Source: Chlorobiota bacterium (GTDB taxonomy: Bacteria; Bacteroidota; Ignavibacteria; Kapaibacteriales; UBA2268). From it: a DNA stretch of 64,000 bases. Positions within the stretch are counted from its first letter, which is position 1; each line of letters opens with the position of its first letter. Of this stretch, positions 28,643-39,828 are shown piece after piece. A model generated the notes under the pieces. That model did no database searches. It was not told the origin of the DNA and saw only the letters and a list, made by a program, of their open reading frames with translations. The stretch covers positions 82,945 through 146,944 of the forward strand of contig JBFHIJ010000003.1 of the NCBI GenBank assembly GCA_041596515.1. Reading direction: 5' to 3'. A program made the translations under genes and the position numbers.

Positions 28643-30646
28643 TTACTTATCTTTGAGCATTGTCTTAAGGAAAAGAGCTACTGATTGGGAGTAGTAGTCT
28701 CTATTGCCTTTTTTACGGAAACCGTGGCCTTCGTCCATAGCAAGTAAGTACCACACATCGCCTTTGTTTTCTCTGATTTTAGTTACCATCTGTTCAGCTT
28801 CAGAAGCCGGCACTCGAGGGTCGTTATATCCTTGTATTATAAACATAGGTTTTGTAATTTTTTGAGCGTTATTCAAAGGAGCAATTTTTTCCTGGAATTC
28901 ACGCATTTTTTCGTCTCTTTCGTCGCCGTATTCAGCTCTACGAAGATCTCTGCGGTAGTCCTTAGTGTTTTTAAGGAAAGTAACAAAGTTAGAAATACCA
29001 ACTATGTCAACGCCTGCAGCTAAGCGGTCATTGTAGTTAGTCATCATAGCAAGAGACATATAGCCACCATAAGAGCCACCAAATACACAGATTTTTTCTG
29101 CATTTAGTTCAGGCTGAGTAGCAATCCAGTCAAGCAATGCTCCACCATCTTTTACAGAGTTTTCTCTGTCAAATCCGTTGTCAAGTTTCAAATATGTTTT
29201 GCCATAACCCGCACTACCTCTTACGTTAGGAGCAATAACAGCTATGCCAAGTTCGTTCAACCAGAACTGGTAAGTAGAAGCAAATCCCGGACGGAACTGT
29301 GATTCAGGACCGCCGTGGAAGCTAACTACTACAGGGAAAGGGCCTTCGCCTTTAGGTTTGTAGTAATAAGCAGGAATCATGCGAGGTGAGCCATCTACTT
29401 CATCGAAAGTCGGATAATGAATAAGTTGTGGTTCTACAAATTCATCTGTATTTAAACCACCAATTTCACTAAATGTCCAGCGAGTAGTTTTGTCTGCAGC
29501 CAAGTCAATTACATAAACATCACCCGGGGAGTCTTTAGTGCTGATAGTCATAGCAAGCTTTTTGCTGTCGCCGGAGAATTCGTAACCGGAAACAGTGCCT
29601 GTAGGAATAGATTTCGGCACAAATAGTTTATTAGTTTTTGTGTCAAGCATATAGAATTTTGACATACCGTCTTCGTTCACAGAAAGAGCAAGCAATTTGC
29701 CATCTGGAGACGGAACCATATTTTCTATATCCCACTCTATTTCATGCGCTACAGGAGTCGACTCTTTAGTAGCAAAATCATAAAAGTATAATTTCAAAAA
29801 TTCATTGCCAAGGTCAGAGAGGTAGTAAATACCTTTGCCATTGCGGGCAAAAGCAGCAACACCGGCACCCATTGCAAACTCTTCTTCCGAAGTAACAAGA
29901 GGGGTAAGCTCTTTAGTGTTAATATCTAAAATTTGTACGGAGTTATTAGTTATTGCCTTATAGTTATAAACCAATAGCTTGCTGTCATCCATTGACCAGT
30001 CTATAGGTCCCCAGTGTCCGTCTGATTCGAATATCAGCTTAGCATCAGCAGGGTTGTCTATGCTTGCTACATAGATATCCATGTCCTTGCCGTTGCGTTT
30101 ATTCGACGTATAAACAAATTTATCTCCTTTATGACTCCAAGCTGCACCGCCGTGGCGAGATTTACCGTCAGTCAGTAACTGAGTTGAGCCATCTTTAATA
30201 TCATATTTATAAATTTGATATGCTTCGTTGCCACCAATGTCTTTAGTCAATAGAAACATTTCTTTTGACTTGTCGGGGCAAACAGATACTCCGCCTACGG
30301 GTTCTGAATAAAATGTGAGCTGCTTACGAGCACCGCCTGCCATGTCCACTAAGTGTACTTGGCTTGTTTCAGCAAAGCGGGTATTAATAAAAATACCGTC
30401 TCCAAATATGTTCCAACCGGAAAAACTTGCACCTCTGATATTAGAATACTGAAGATACTTGTCTGAAATATCCTGTGGAATTTCAGGAATGTCTTCAATG
30501 ACCAACTGCCCTACCTGGCGTCTTCCTTCATAGTCAGAAGTAACCGCGCTGTTTTCAGCTTTCGGAGCTTCGTCTTTGGGCTGGCAAGAGATAACAAATG
30601 CTATAGACATAGCAAAAAGTAGAAAAAGTGAGTTGAATTTCTTCAT
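28643..30646 (-). CDS. S9-family serine peptidase (prolyl oligopeptidase/DPP-like) with N-terminal beta-propeller
   Basis: Lipoprotein-like signal (FVISC). Nucleophile elbow GGSYGGYM. Asp/His regions GYNDPRV and DEGHGF. Confidence 0.85.
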   Translation of the reverse strand: MKKFNSLFLLFAMSIAFVISCQPKDEAPKAENSAVTSDYEGRRQVGQLVIEDIPEIPQDISDKYLQYSNIRGASFSGWNIFGDGIFINTRFAETSQVHLVDMAGGARKQLTFYSEPVGGVSVCPDKSKEMFLLTKDIGGNEAYQIYKYDIKDGSTQLLTDGKSRHGGAAWSHKGDKFVYTSNKRNGKDMDIYVASIDNPADAKLIFESDGHWGPIDWSMDDSKLLVYNYKAITNNSVQILDINTKELTPLVTSEEEFAMGAGVAAFARNGKGIYYLSDLGNEFLKLYFYDFATKESTPVAHEIEWDIENMVPSPDGKLLALSVNEDGMSKFYMLDTKTNKLFVPKSIPTGTVSGYEFSGDSKKLAMTISTKDSPGDVYVIDLAADKTTRWTFSEIGGLNTDEFVEPQLIHYPTFDEVDGSPRMIPAYYYKPKGEGPFPVVVSFHGGPESQFRPGFASTYQFWLNELGIAVIAPNVRGSAGYGKTYLKLDNGFDRENSVKDGGALLDWIATQPELNAEKICVFGGSYGGYMSLAMMTNYNDRLAAGVDIVGISNFVTFLKNTKDYRRDLRRAEYGDERDEKMREFQEKIAPLNNAQKITKPMFIIQGYNDPRVPASEAEQMVTKIRENKGDVWYLLAMDEGHGFRKKGNRDYYSQSVALFLKTMLKDK

Positions 30647-31085
30647 TTGGCTCTCTTTAAATTATTAAAACAAATAATAGTTTTAGGCAAGATAATCTCA
30701 TTGCATACTTAATGCAAATTTATTTTTGTGTCGATAAGATACAATATCTGATTTGAAATCGTAGGAATAGATATTTTACAATATATCCACGGTAGAGAGG
30801 AATTATTACACAAATGACTACAAACACTGCTCAACTATAACTTAATATTACTATTTAAAGTTAGCTATATATTATTCGCCGACTATTTTATCCCACATCC
30901 CTGATACAAACACTGGATTTGTAGCGTGGATGAATATGAATGACAAACCGATAAAAAACAAGCATTAACATGGATATAGGTACTATTTCTATACTTACTC
31001 CAAAAAATAATCGCATTTATCAAACTATTGTAGTATTTTTAAAAGTTTAAATAAACGACATTTAAGTATATTTAGGAATGACTAA

Positions 31086-33119
31086 ATGAAATATTACAGT
31101 TGGCTTATCGCAATACTATTTATAATACCAATATCTCTGTTTTCTGAAAAGATGGATGAAGATATTCTATTTACTTTAAATCGACTTTCTTCTTATTCTC
31201 TATCTCCTGATGGAAAAGAGCTTTTGGTGCAGGTAAGTGTGCCTGATGTTGCAGAAAATAGCACAAAAACTCAGCTGTTTTTGATGTCTGCTAAAGGTGG
31301 GGAACTTAGGCAGATTACAAGTGAGGATTCTCATAATTTTGGTGCTACTTGGTCTCCAGGTAGTGATAAAATTCTTTTTGTTTCTACTCGTTCCGGTAAA
31401 TCTCAGGCTTATGTGATGGATATTAAAAACGGGGGAGAAGCATACAAAATAACCGATATGGAAAACGGTATTGCAAATCCTATCTGGTCGCCTGACGGCA
31501 AAAAAATCCTATTTACTTCAGATGTGAAGTTAGAAAAAACTATCAAAGATAATTATCCTCAATTTGATAAAATCAATGCAATGATTTATGACGATTTGCC
31601 GGTAAGACACTGGGATCATTGGTTAGATGAAAAGTATTCACATCTTTTTGTTATGGATTTGCAAACTAAAGAAGTTAAAGACCTGATGGAAGGCGAAAAG
31701 TATGAAACTCCGCTTCCTCCTTTTGGTGGTGCTTCTCAGCTAGCATGGTCTAATGATAGTAAGTTTATCGCTTATACGTGCAAAAAAGTAGAAAATTTTG
31801 AGTCTTCAACAAACTCGTCAATATATATTGTAGATATTACAACCGGCAAAACTGAAAATATTACTCCGGATTTACCGGGTTATGATATGGATCCACTATT
31901 CTCTCCGGATGGTAAGAGCATTGCATTTAGCTCTATGGAAAGAGCAGGCTTTGAGTCTGACAGACATAGATTGATGTTATATGATATCGCCTCTAAAAAA
32001 ACTAAAGAGTTGTCAAAAGATTTAGACCAAAATGTAGAACAATCTGTTTGGGCGCCTGATAGTAAATCTCTATACTTCCATGCAGGTCACAATGACGGCA
32101 CAGAGCAAATCTATAGAATTGATGCAAAAACAGGCAAATATGAAGTACTTACAGAAGGTCAGCATAACTTTGGAGATAGAGGGATAGAAGTAACGCCGGA
32201 CGGTAAAGCTTTAATCTTCAACAGAAGAGATTATAATACTCCAAGTGAACTTTACTTCATGGATTTGGCAGCGAAAGAAGCCAAACAATTATCACATCTC
32301 AATGACGATATCCTAAATAATATTGATAAAGTCAAAATCGAAGCAAAATGGTTTACAGCAAAGGACGGCAAAAAATTCCACTCATGGGTTATTTATCCTC
32401 CTGATTTTGATAAAGCTAAAGCTTACCCACTAATTACATATTGCCAAGGTGGCCCGCAGCAGTCAGTAAATCAATTTTTCAGTTATGGCTGGAATTTCCT
32501 TACAATGGCATCTAAAGGATATGTAATCGTAGCTCCAAACAGGAGAGGATGCCCGGGGTTTGGTCAGGACTGGACTGATGCTATGAGCAAAGACTATGGT
32601 GGAATGCCGATGCAGGACATATTGGTAGCCACAGATGAAATGGCAAAAGAAGACTTTATCGACAAAGACAGAATGTCTGCTATAGGTGCTTCCGCAGGTG
32701 GCTATACTGTATTTTGGTTAGCCGGTAACCACGAAGGAAGATTCTCTGCTTTAGTTTCTCACTGTGGTATGTATAATATGGAAAGTAAATACGGCTCTAC
32801 GGAAGAACTATTTTTCCCAAATTGGGATAATGGTGGGCCGTACTGGGGATCTAAAAAATTAAAAGAATACTATGCCAAAGTGTCGCCCCATAGCTATGCA
32901 CAAAATTGGGACACTCCAATAATGATAATCACAGGTGAGCTTGACTACAGAGTGCCTTACACTCAATCATTAGAGGCATTTACTGCCGCAAGAGCTCAAA
33001 ATGTGCCGGCAAAACTAATAGTATATCCGGAAGAAAACCACTGGGTGTTAAAACCACAAGAAAAATTATTCTGGTACAAAGAAGTTTTCAAGTTTTTAAA
33101 TCAATACACAAAAAAATAA
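31086..33119 (+). CDS. S9-family serine peptidase (acylaminoacyl-peptidase-like), paralog 1
   Basis: Signal peptide. PD40-type repeats (WSPDGKKILF). GASAGGY nucleophile motif, ELDYRVP, ENHWV. Confidence 0.85.
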   Translation: MKYYSWLIAILFIIPISLFSEKMDEDILFTLNRLSSYSLSPDGKELLVQVSVPDVAENSTKTQLFLMSAKGGELRQITSEDSHNFGATWSPGSDKILFVSTRSGKSQAYVMDIKNGGEAYKITDMENGIANPIWSPDGKKILFTSDVKLEKTIKDNYPQFDKINAMIYDDLPVRHWDHWLDEKYSHLFVMDLQTKEVKDLMEGEKYETPLPPFGGASQLAWSNDSKFIAYTCKKVENFESSTNSSIYIVDITTGKTENITPDLPGYDMDPLFSPDGKSIAFSSMERAGFESDRHRLMLYDIASKKTKELSKDLDQNVEQSVWAPDSKSLYFHAGHNDGTEQIYRIDAKTGKYEVLTEGQHNFGDRGIEVTPDGKALIFNRRDYNTPSELYFMDLAAKEAKQLSHLNDDILNNIDKVKIEAKWFTAKDGKKFHSWVIYPPDFDKAKAYPLITYCQGGPQQSVNQFFSYGWNFLTMASKGYVIVAPNRRGCPGFGQDWTDAMSKDYGGMPMQDILVATDEMAKEDFIDKDRMSAIGASAGGYTVFWLAGNHEGRFSALVSHCGMYNMESKYGSTEELFFPNWDNGGPYWGSKKLKEYYAKVSPHSYAQNWDTPIMIITGELDYRVPYTQSLEAFTAARAQNVPAKLIVYPEENHWVLKPQEKLFWYKEVFKFLNQYTKK

Positions 33120-33153
33120 TAATTTATATATTTTACAACATCAAAGGTTTACA

Positions 33154-35181
33154 ATGAAAAACTTTTTTAGTTTAATCCTTTTGGCTCTATTTTGCTTTGC
33201 TTCGTACACTTCAGTAGAAGCTGCAAAAGACTTTACAGCTAAAGATTTAATGTCATTGCATCGCATTTCCGACGGACAAGTTTCTCCTGATGGTCAGTGG
33301 GTACTTTATAATTTAAAAACTCCTGCAGTTGGCGAAAACAAGTTTTATACAGACTTATATGCAGTAAAAATTGATGGTTCTGAAACCATGCAAATTACTA
33401 CTGATAAAGCTGCGGACTTTAACGGCAGATGGTCTCCTGACGGTAAAAAAATTGCATTTCTTTCAACAAGAAACGGCGCTCCTCAGATATTTGTGAAAGA
33501 TTTTCCAAATGGAAGCGTAAAACAAATAACAGACATAGAAGCAGGCGTTGCTAATATGGACTGGTCTCCTAAAGGTAACTTTTTCTCTTTTACTTCCGAA
33601 GTAAAATTGGATAAAACACCTCAAGAGAAATATCCTGAATATAGCAAAGCAAAAGTACGTATATATGATGATCTTCCTATCAGACACTGGTCTGTATGGA
33701 TAGATGAAAATTATAGCCATTTGTTTGTTATACCATCTAATGGCGGCACTGCTAAAGATTTAACAAAAGACTTGAGATACGACACTCCACTTCAGCCGTT
33801 TGATGACGCTGAAGACATCTCATGGTCTCCGGACGAGAGCGAATTATGCTATACGATGAAAATTGTACCTCAGTTCGAAATATCTACTGACTCACAGTTA
33901 TACATAGTAAGCAGAGAAGGTGGCGAAGCAAAAAATATTACTCCAAATATGCCCGGGTATGATAAAGTTCCTTTATATTCTCCTGACGGAAAATGGATTG
34001 CATTCCACAGTCAGGAAAGAGCAGGCTTTGAGTCAGACAGAGTAAGATTAATGCTTTACAATAGAGAGTCTGGTAAAATCACGGAACTATCAAAAACATT
34101 AGATCAGTGGGTAGGCACTACAATATGGTCACCGGATAGTAAATCTCTTTATTTCGACTGCCCGACTGAAGGCACAAAAAGAGTTTATACTATGAACCTT
34201 GCAGGCAAATGGAAAATATTGACTAAAGGCTGGTATAACTACGGTGGAACTCTTAGCATCACTCCAGACGGCAAAACTTTGGTACTTGGAAGGGAATCTA
34301 TGCAAGAGCCAAACAATTTGATTACAATGCCTGCAAACGGCGGCGAAGTAAAACAAATCACTGATGTCAACAAAGAAATGAAGGCTCAATTCAACAAAGT
34401 CAAAATTGAAGAAAAATGGTTTGTAGCCAAAGACGGCAAAAAAATACATACATGGGTAGTATACCCTCCAAACTTTGATCCAAATAAAACATACCCTATG
34501 ATCACTTATTTGCAAGGTGGCCCGCAATCTATGCTTAGCCAACAGTTCCATTATCGTTGGAACTGGTACCTGATGGCTTCTCATGGTTATATAATCAATG
34601 TTGCAAACCGCAGAGGCGTACCGGGATTTGGTCAGGATTGGAACGACGCAATAAGTAAAGACTGGGGCGGAATGCCAATGCAGGATTACTTGACAGTAAC
34701 AGACGAAATGAATAAACTTCCTTATGTAGACAAGGATAGAGTTTGTGCAATAGGAGCTTCAGCAGGTGGTTATGCCGCATACTGGATGGCAGGCAATCAC
34801 GAAGGACGTTTCAAAGCTTTATTAGCACATTGTGGTGTATTTAATTTAGAATCTATGTATGGCGCAACTGAAGAAATCTTCTTTCCTAACTGGGAAAATG
34901 GCGGACCTTATTGGGATAAAAAACATAAAGACTTTTATGAGAAAAATTCACCACATAAATTTGCCGATAACTGGGATACCCCTATAATTATTTCTACAGG
35001 TGAATATGATTTCCGCGTGCCTTATACGCAGTCATTGGAAGCCTTCACAGTAGCTCAGCTAAAAGGGATTCCTTCTGAAATATTGATTTATCCTGAAGAA
35101 ACACACTTCATAGCAAAACCACAGGAATACATTATCTGGGATGCAGAAGTATATAAATTCTTAGATAGATTCTGTAAATAA
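33154..35181 (+). CDS. S9-family serine peptidase, paralog 2 (tandem duplicate)
   Basis: Collinear with the upstream gene over its full length (roughly half of positions identical by eye). GASAGGY, EYDFRVP, ETHF. Confidence 0.85.
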   Translation: MKNFFSLILLALFCFASYTSVEAAKDFTAKDLMSLHRISDGQVSPDGQWVLYNLKTPAVGENKFYTDLYAVKIDGSETMQITTDKAADFNGRWSPDGKKIAFLSTRNGAPQIFVKDFPNGSVKQITDIEAGVANMDWSPKGNFFSFTSEVKLDKTPQEKYPEYSKAKVRIYDDLPIRHWSVWIDENYSHLFVIPSNGGTAKDLTKDLRYDTPLQPFDDAEDISWSPDESELCYTMKIVPQFEISTDSQLYIVSREGGEAKNITPNMPGYDKVPLYSPDGKWIAFHSQERAGFESDRVRLMLYNRESGKITELSKTLDQWVGTTIWSPDSKSLYFDCPTEGTKRVYTMNLAGKWKILTKGWYNYGGTLSITPDGKTLVLGRESMQEPNNLITMPANGGEVKQITDVNKEMKAQFNKVKIEEKWFVAKDGKKIHTWVVYPPNFDPNKTYPMITYLQGGPQSMLSQQFHYRWNWYLMASHGYIINVANRRGVPGFGQDWNDAISKDWGGMPMQDYLTVTDEMNKLPYVDKDRVCAIGASAGGYAAYWMAGNHEGRFKALLAHCGVFNLESMYGATEEIFFPNWENGGPYWDKKHKDFYEKNSPHKFADNWDTPIIISTGEYDFRVPYTQSLEAFTVAQLKGIPSEILIYPEETHFIAKPQEYIIWDAEVYKFLDRFCK

Positions 35182-35207
35182 TATATTTATAGATAAACTT
35201 ATTTTTC

Positions 35208-35242
35208 AGCTCGATACTCTAAAAAGTGTCGAGCTTTTTTTT
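35208..35242 (+). terminator. rho-independent terminator
   Basis: AGCTCGATACT / AGTGTCGAGCT stem followed by T8. Confidence 0.8.
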
Positions 35243-35269
35243 AGTGTGCCCACAATGGGTATCAATTAT

Positions 35270-35443
35270 CCCGGGTTTGTCGTTAGGATGTCATCATAGT
35301 GCTGTAAATGACCGTAGAATCAAGGAGCATGCTTACTTCTTCTGTAAGAATATGTTACGTAATTGCATATTGAACAAGGGGTTTCAACCTGCTTTTTAAT
35401 AGCTTTAGAGCTTTTCCATCTTTTCTATTGGCAACTCTCGGCT
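35270..35443 (+). repeat. dispersed ~175-nt repeat family copy (diverged right end)
   Basis: CCCGGGTTTGTCGTTAGG...ATTGAACAAGGGGTTTCAACC...TCTATTGGCAACTCTCGGCT. Substitutions at the two ends still allow pairing through G:U. Confidence 0.8.
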
Positions 35444-35500
35444 AATCCAATGTTAGTATTTCTTTCACGAGTATAAACCCAAAAAGCAGTTGGTGCCAAT

Positions 35501-35539
35501 AAAAAAAATCCGCATTAAAAAATGTATTTCTAATGCGGA
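35501..35539 (-). terminator. rho-independent terminator of RND operon
   Basis: TCCGCATTA / TAATGCGGA stem. The minus strand continues with T8. Confidence 0.8.
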
Positions 35540-35559
35540 CAGTAATAATATCTTAAGCT

Positions 35560-38500
35560 TTATTCTTGAACTTCTTTTTTCTGCCTGTTCTCTAACCATT
35601 CGTAAATAGTCGGTAACACCAGCAATGTTAATAGTGTGGCAGTTATCAAACCACCAATCACTACGGAAGCCAACGGACGCTGTACCTCTGAGCCGGGGCC
35701 GGTGTTAAATGCCATCGGAATGAAACCAAATCCTGCTACCATTGCCGTCATTAGTACCGGGCGAAGTCTGTCCGCTGCACCTTGGATTACGGCATCACGA
35801 ACACTAAATCCTCTTTTCCTCAGCACGTTAATATGTTCTACCAAAACTATACCATTAAGCACCGCTACACCAAATAAGGCAACAAAGCCAATACTTGCCG
35901 ATACGGATAAATACAAGCCTCTAAAGAAGAGTATATAAATCCCACCGGAAAGAGCAAATGGTAGATTTAAGAATATTAGGAACGAATATCTTAGATTGCC
36001 AAACATCAGATACAGCAAACCAAGTATTATAAATAGAGACAACGGCACGACTATTAACAAGTGATTCATAGCTCTTTGCTGATTTTCAAAAGCACCGCCA
36101 TACTCAAGGAAATAGCCTGAAGGTATATCCAAATCGCTTTTCACAGCTTTTTGAAGATTAGCTACATAAGAGCCAATATCAATATCTTTCAAATTGATAC
36201 TTACTACCACTCGTCGCCAACCGTTTTCTCTTACTATTTCTCTCGGTCCCTCTTCTGGTATAACTTCTGCTACGTCTTTTAGAGCAATAAAGCCACCGGA
36301 AGGCAGTGCAACAGGCGCATTTTTAATTTTTTCAAATTGATCTCTGATATGCTCAGGGAATCTAAGGACTATATCAAATCGCTTTTGCCCTTCGAATACC
36401 TGACCACCGGCATAGCCACCTATGCCTAATTCAATTACTCTCTGCACATCATCAACATTAATCCCAAATTTTGCCACCGCATTTCTATCTATTTTTATAT
36501 TTAGATAAGGCTGACCAATAGGTTGCTCAAGGTAAGAATTATCTGTTCCCTGCAAGTTTTGAGCAACTGAAAGTATAGAAGCCCCTATTGAATTTAGTTG
36601 TTCCAGATCTTCACCATAGATTTTAACTGCTACATCAGATTTTACACCGGATGTAAGTTCATCTACACGCATAGCAATCGGCTGAGTAAAGTTATAAGCC
36701 AAACCCGGTTCGTGCCCTAAGTATGGTTTCATTTCTTCAACCAAGTCTTCTTTAGTCAAACCCGGACGCCATTTATCCATATTTTTCAGCAACACCCATA
36801 CATCTGTCTGATGCACTCCCATCCAGTCATTTGCCAAATCTGAGCGACCTGTCTTAGGAACAACAGCCTGCACCTCAGGGATATTTGCTTTGATACTGTC
36901 TGCTATTTTATTTGCATTGCGAACTGACTCTTCCAGAGTAACGGATGGCATCCTTACCTGTTCGATTAGTATAGATCCTTCATCTAATTCAGGAAGAAAT
37001 TCCGTGCCCAAATAAGGAATAAGCATAAGTGAAAGAGTTAGAAGTGTTATAGCAACTGTAATAACTACGCCTTTTTTGTTTATTATTTTAGTCAGGAATT
37101 TTTCGTAAAGAGGCTTTACTTTATCCATTACAATATTTTTTCTAAGCTTTATCCCTTTTCTAAAGAATATAGCGGACATAGCCGGTACAAATACAAGTGC
37201 GAGGATAAGCGAACCGAACACAGCGGTCATAACAGTAATAGCCATTGGTCTAAATAAAATACCTTCCATGCCGCTAAAAGTCATAATAGGTACGTAAACC
37301 ATAAGGATTATCATTACCCCAAAAAATATAGGCCGAGAGACTTCTTTAGCTGCACTGAGCATTATTTCAGTCTTGTTTCGCCCATCTTTGTTTTGTAGTT
37401 TATGGACAATATTCTCAACCATCACAACTGAGCCATCGACGACCATCCCAAAGTCAATCGCTCCCAGACTCATCAGATTAGCAGCTAAACCAAATTCTTT
37501 CATACCAATAAAGGCGAAAAGCATTGAGAACGGAATAACAGTGGCTACGATTATTGCACCCTTTATTTCACCCAGCATAAGCAAAAGCACTACCATAACA
37601 AAGAAACCACCTTCCAATAAGTTTGTTTTCAAAGTATCAGTAGTTCGTTTGATTAAATCAGACTGGTCGTAGAATTTTTCAATCTTCACCCCTTCCGGCA
37701 GTCCTGCATTTATAGTTTCTATTTTGTCTACAATGCTGTTAATTACCTTCTGACTATTACCACCTCTAAGCATCATTACTATGCCTGTAACAATTTCACC
37801 TTTGCCGTTCATTGTCACAGCACCTTGCCTGAGTTGCTTCCCGATATTAACATCTGCAACATCTGCCACGTAGATAGGGCGACCATTTAGATTTTTTACT
37901 ATAATATCTTCTATGTCTTGTGTGTCGGAGATTTGGCCGAAGCCTCTGATAATGTACTGCTCGCGGTTATGCTCTAAGTAATTACCACCCGAAACGCTGT
38001 TGTTAGACTCAATGGCAACTAATATTTCTTCCAGGGAAATATCTAAGTTCTTCATCCGCCCGGGCATTATCGTTACATCATACTGCTTGACAAAACCACC
38101 AAAAGCCGTAATTTCAGTAACACCTTTTATAGTTTTAAGCTGGGGGGCTATCATCCAGTCTTGTATCGTTCTTAGCTCCGTAAGCGAATATCCATCTCCC
38201 CTTACTACATATTGGAAAATTTCACCCAGTGCAGTTGATATAGGTCCTAACTGAGGTGAAGACACACCGGCTGGCAACTCGTCAACGACAGACTGCAAGC
38301 GTTGGCTAACCATCTGCCGAGCAAAATATGTATCTGTATCTTCTTCAAATTCAATAGTAACTGCAGACAAACCAAACTGCGAAATAGAGCGAACTTCTTT
38401 CACTTCCGGAAGGCCGTTCATTGCATTTTCTATTGGATAACTAACCAGTTTCTCTACATCATAAGGAGAGTATCTGCCTGCTTTGGTTATCACGAGCACC

Positions 38501-38640
38501 TGAATAGGAGTAACGTCCGGCAAAGAGTTGAGTGGGATTTCATTAAAAGCAAAAACACCACCAATGCCCATAAGCAAAACAAGCGAAAGAGCAACTGCTT
38601 TCTGCCTGAAACTAAAATCTATAAGTTTATCTAAAATCAA
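35560..38640 (-). CDS. CzcA/CusA-family heavy-metal efflux RND transporter
   Basis: 1026 aa, 12-TM RND layout. GAIDFGMVVDGSVVMVEN motif typical of the HME-RND family. Confidence 0.9.
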   Translation of the reverse strand: MILDKLIDFSFRQKAVALSLVLLMGIGGVFAFNEIPLNSLPDVTPIQVLVITKAGRYSPYDVEKLVSYPIENAMNGLPEVKEVRSISQFGLSAVTIEFEEDTDTYFARQMVSQRLQSVVDELPAGVSSPQLGPISTALGEIFQYVVRGDGYSLTELRTIQDWMIAPQLKTIKGVTEITAFGGFVKQYDVTIMPGRMKNLDISLEEILVAIESNNSVSGGNYLEHNREQYIIRGFGQISDTQDIEDIIVKNLNGRPIYVADVADVNIGKQLRQGAVTMNGKGEIVTGIVMMLRGGNSQKVINSIVDKIETINAGLPEGVKIEKFYDQSDLIKRTTDTLKTNLLEGGFFVMVVLLLMLGEIKGAIIVATVIPFSMLFAFIGMKEFGLAANLMSLGAIDFGMVVDGSVVMVENIVHKLQNKDGRNKTEIMLSAAKEVSRPIFFGVMIILMVYVPIMTFSGMEGILFRPMAITVMTAVFGSLILALVFVPAMSAIFFRKGIKLRKNIVMDKVKPLYEKFLTKIINKKGVVITVAITLLTLSLMLIPYLGTEFLPELDEGSILIEQVRMPSVTLEESVRNANKIADSIKANIPEVQAVVPKTGRSDLANDWMGVHQTDVWVLLKNMDKWRPGLTKEDLVEEMKPYLGHEPGLAYNFTQPIAMRVDELTSGVKSDVAVKIYGEDLEQLNSIGASILSVAQNLQGTDNSYLEQPIGQPYLNIKIDRNAVAKFGINVDDVQRVIELGIGGYAGGQVFEGQKRFDIVLRFPEHIRDQFEKIKNAPVALPSGGFIALKDVAEVIPEEGPREIVRENGWRRVVVSINLKDIDIGSYVANLQKAVKSDLDIPSGYFLEYGGAFENQQRAMNHLLIVVPLSLFIILGLLYLMFGNLRYSFLIFLNLPFALSGGIYILFFRGLYLSVSASIGFVALFGVAVLNGIVLVEHINVLRKRGFSVRDAVIQGAADRLRPVLMTAMVAGFGFIPMAFNTGPGSEVQRPLASVVIGGLITATLLTLLVLPTIYEWLENRQKKEVQE

Positions 38641-38655
38641 TGTTCTTTCCTCCTA

Positions 38656-39816
38656 TTACTCTGAAAATTGTTCGTATCTGCTCAATGCTTTCAGAGTAAA
38701 GAGCTCATTTATTGCCACTTTCTCGCCTTCCATAACGCCCGTTACAATAGCTTTTTCGTCATCAGACTTTATAACTATTATGTATCGTTTTTCGTACTGA
38801 GTTGTTGACTTTTGTATAAATATAGCAGCGTTTTTGCCATCATATATGATAGCATTTGCCGGAATTGTAATAACATTACTTTGTGTCCTTGATTGAAAAC
38901 TAAGCGTTACTGACTGACCCGGCATAGGGCAACCATCTTTAGTTTTAACAATTACATTGGCTATTATGGATTTTTTATCTTGGTCCAGTGCCGGATTAAT
39001 AGATTTAACGATAGAAGATATACCGCCTTTATCGTCGAACTTTCTGTTTTTTATAAAGACAGAGTCTCCTACATAAACTCCATTCCCTTCATTCGGAGAA
39101 AGGTAACCTTTAATCATCACTTCGTCGGTACTAATTACAGTAAGCAGTTTTTCGTAAGTTTCTACTGCTTGCCCCATATCTATTAAGTGCTCATTTAAAA
39201 AACCAGTGATAGGCGATAGCACTGTTATCACAGGTTCCGGCGTATTACCATCCTGCCAAGTATCCAACTGTTTTTGAGTAACACCAACCGCCAGCAATCT
39301 AGAGTGAGCTGCACTAAGCAAGGCTTTAATTCTACCTAAGTCTGATTTAGCCTTCTCAAATTCACTTTTGGAACTAATTTTCTTTTCTAATAATTGTTCT
39401 AATCTACGAACTTGGCTAGCGGAATAATCTAATTCTGCTTTATATTGCAGGTATTCTGCAATCATATTTGCATATTCGAGGCTTTCTATTTCTAAAAGTG
39501 GTTTCCCAGCAGCTATTTTGTCACCTTCATGTACGTATATTTTTTTAATTCTTCCGCTTAGAGGTGCTGCAACTATAGCAATTTTATCCGGTGACGGAAA
39601 TACCTGCCCCGGTGCAACAATATTCATTTCTGCTTGCCCATTTACAGCTTCCCCAACTTGGATTGTAATTTCAGAAGCCTGTTTTGAGTTTAGCTCGATT
39701 AATGTGAGCTCTCCATTTGGTTCTTTTTCTTCAGTAGCAGCATTTGATTCAGTATTTTCTTGTTTGCTGCACGAAATCAGTGCCAGAAAAAGCGTAATAA
39801 AAACAAGATGTTTCAT
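38656..39816 (-). CDS. efflux RND periplasmic adaptor (CzcB/CusB, HlyD family)
   Basis: Lipoprotein signal (LALISC). Lipoyl/beta-barrel hallmarks (VHEGDKIAAGKPLLEIES). Positioned between the OMF and RND genes. Confidence 0.85.
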   Translation of the reverse strand: MKHLVFITLFLALISCSKQENTESNAATEEKEPNGELTLIELNSKQASEITIQVGEAVNGQAEMNIVAPGQVFPSPDKIAIVAAPLSGRIKKIYVHEGDKIAAGKPLLEIESLEYANMIAEYLQYKAELDYSASQVRRLEQLLEKKISSKSEFEKAKSDLGRIKALLSAAHSRLLAVGVTQKQLDTWQDGNTPEPVITVLSPITGFLNEHLIDMGQAVETYEKLLTVISTDEVMIKGYLSPNEGNGVYVGDSVFIKNRKFDDKGGISSIVKSINPALDQDKKSIIANVIVKTKDGCPMPGQSVTLSFQSRTQSNVITIPANAIIYDGKNAAIFIQKSTTQYEKRYIIVIKSDDEKAIVTGVMEGEKVAINELFTLKALSRYEQFSE

Positions 39817-39828
39817 TTTTTTTAACTC

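Noticed and set aside
30913-30950. CTGGATTTGTA...AATGACAAACCG, resembling two facing repeat-family termini with no interior
   Set aside because: It is too short (~38 nt) and too diverged to distinguish a TIR-only remnant from chance. It is mentioned only as a lead for a genome-wide search.
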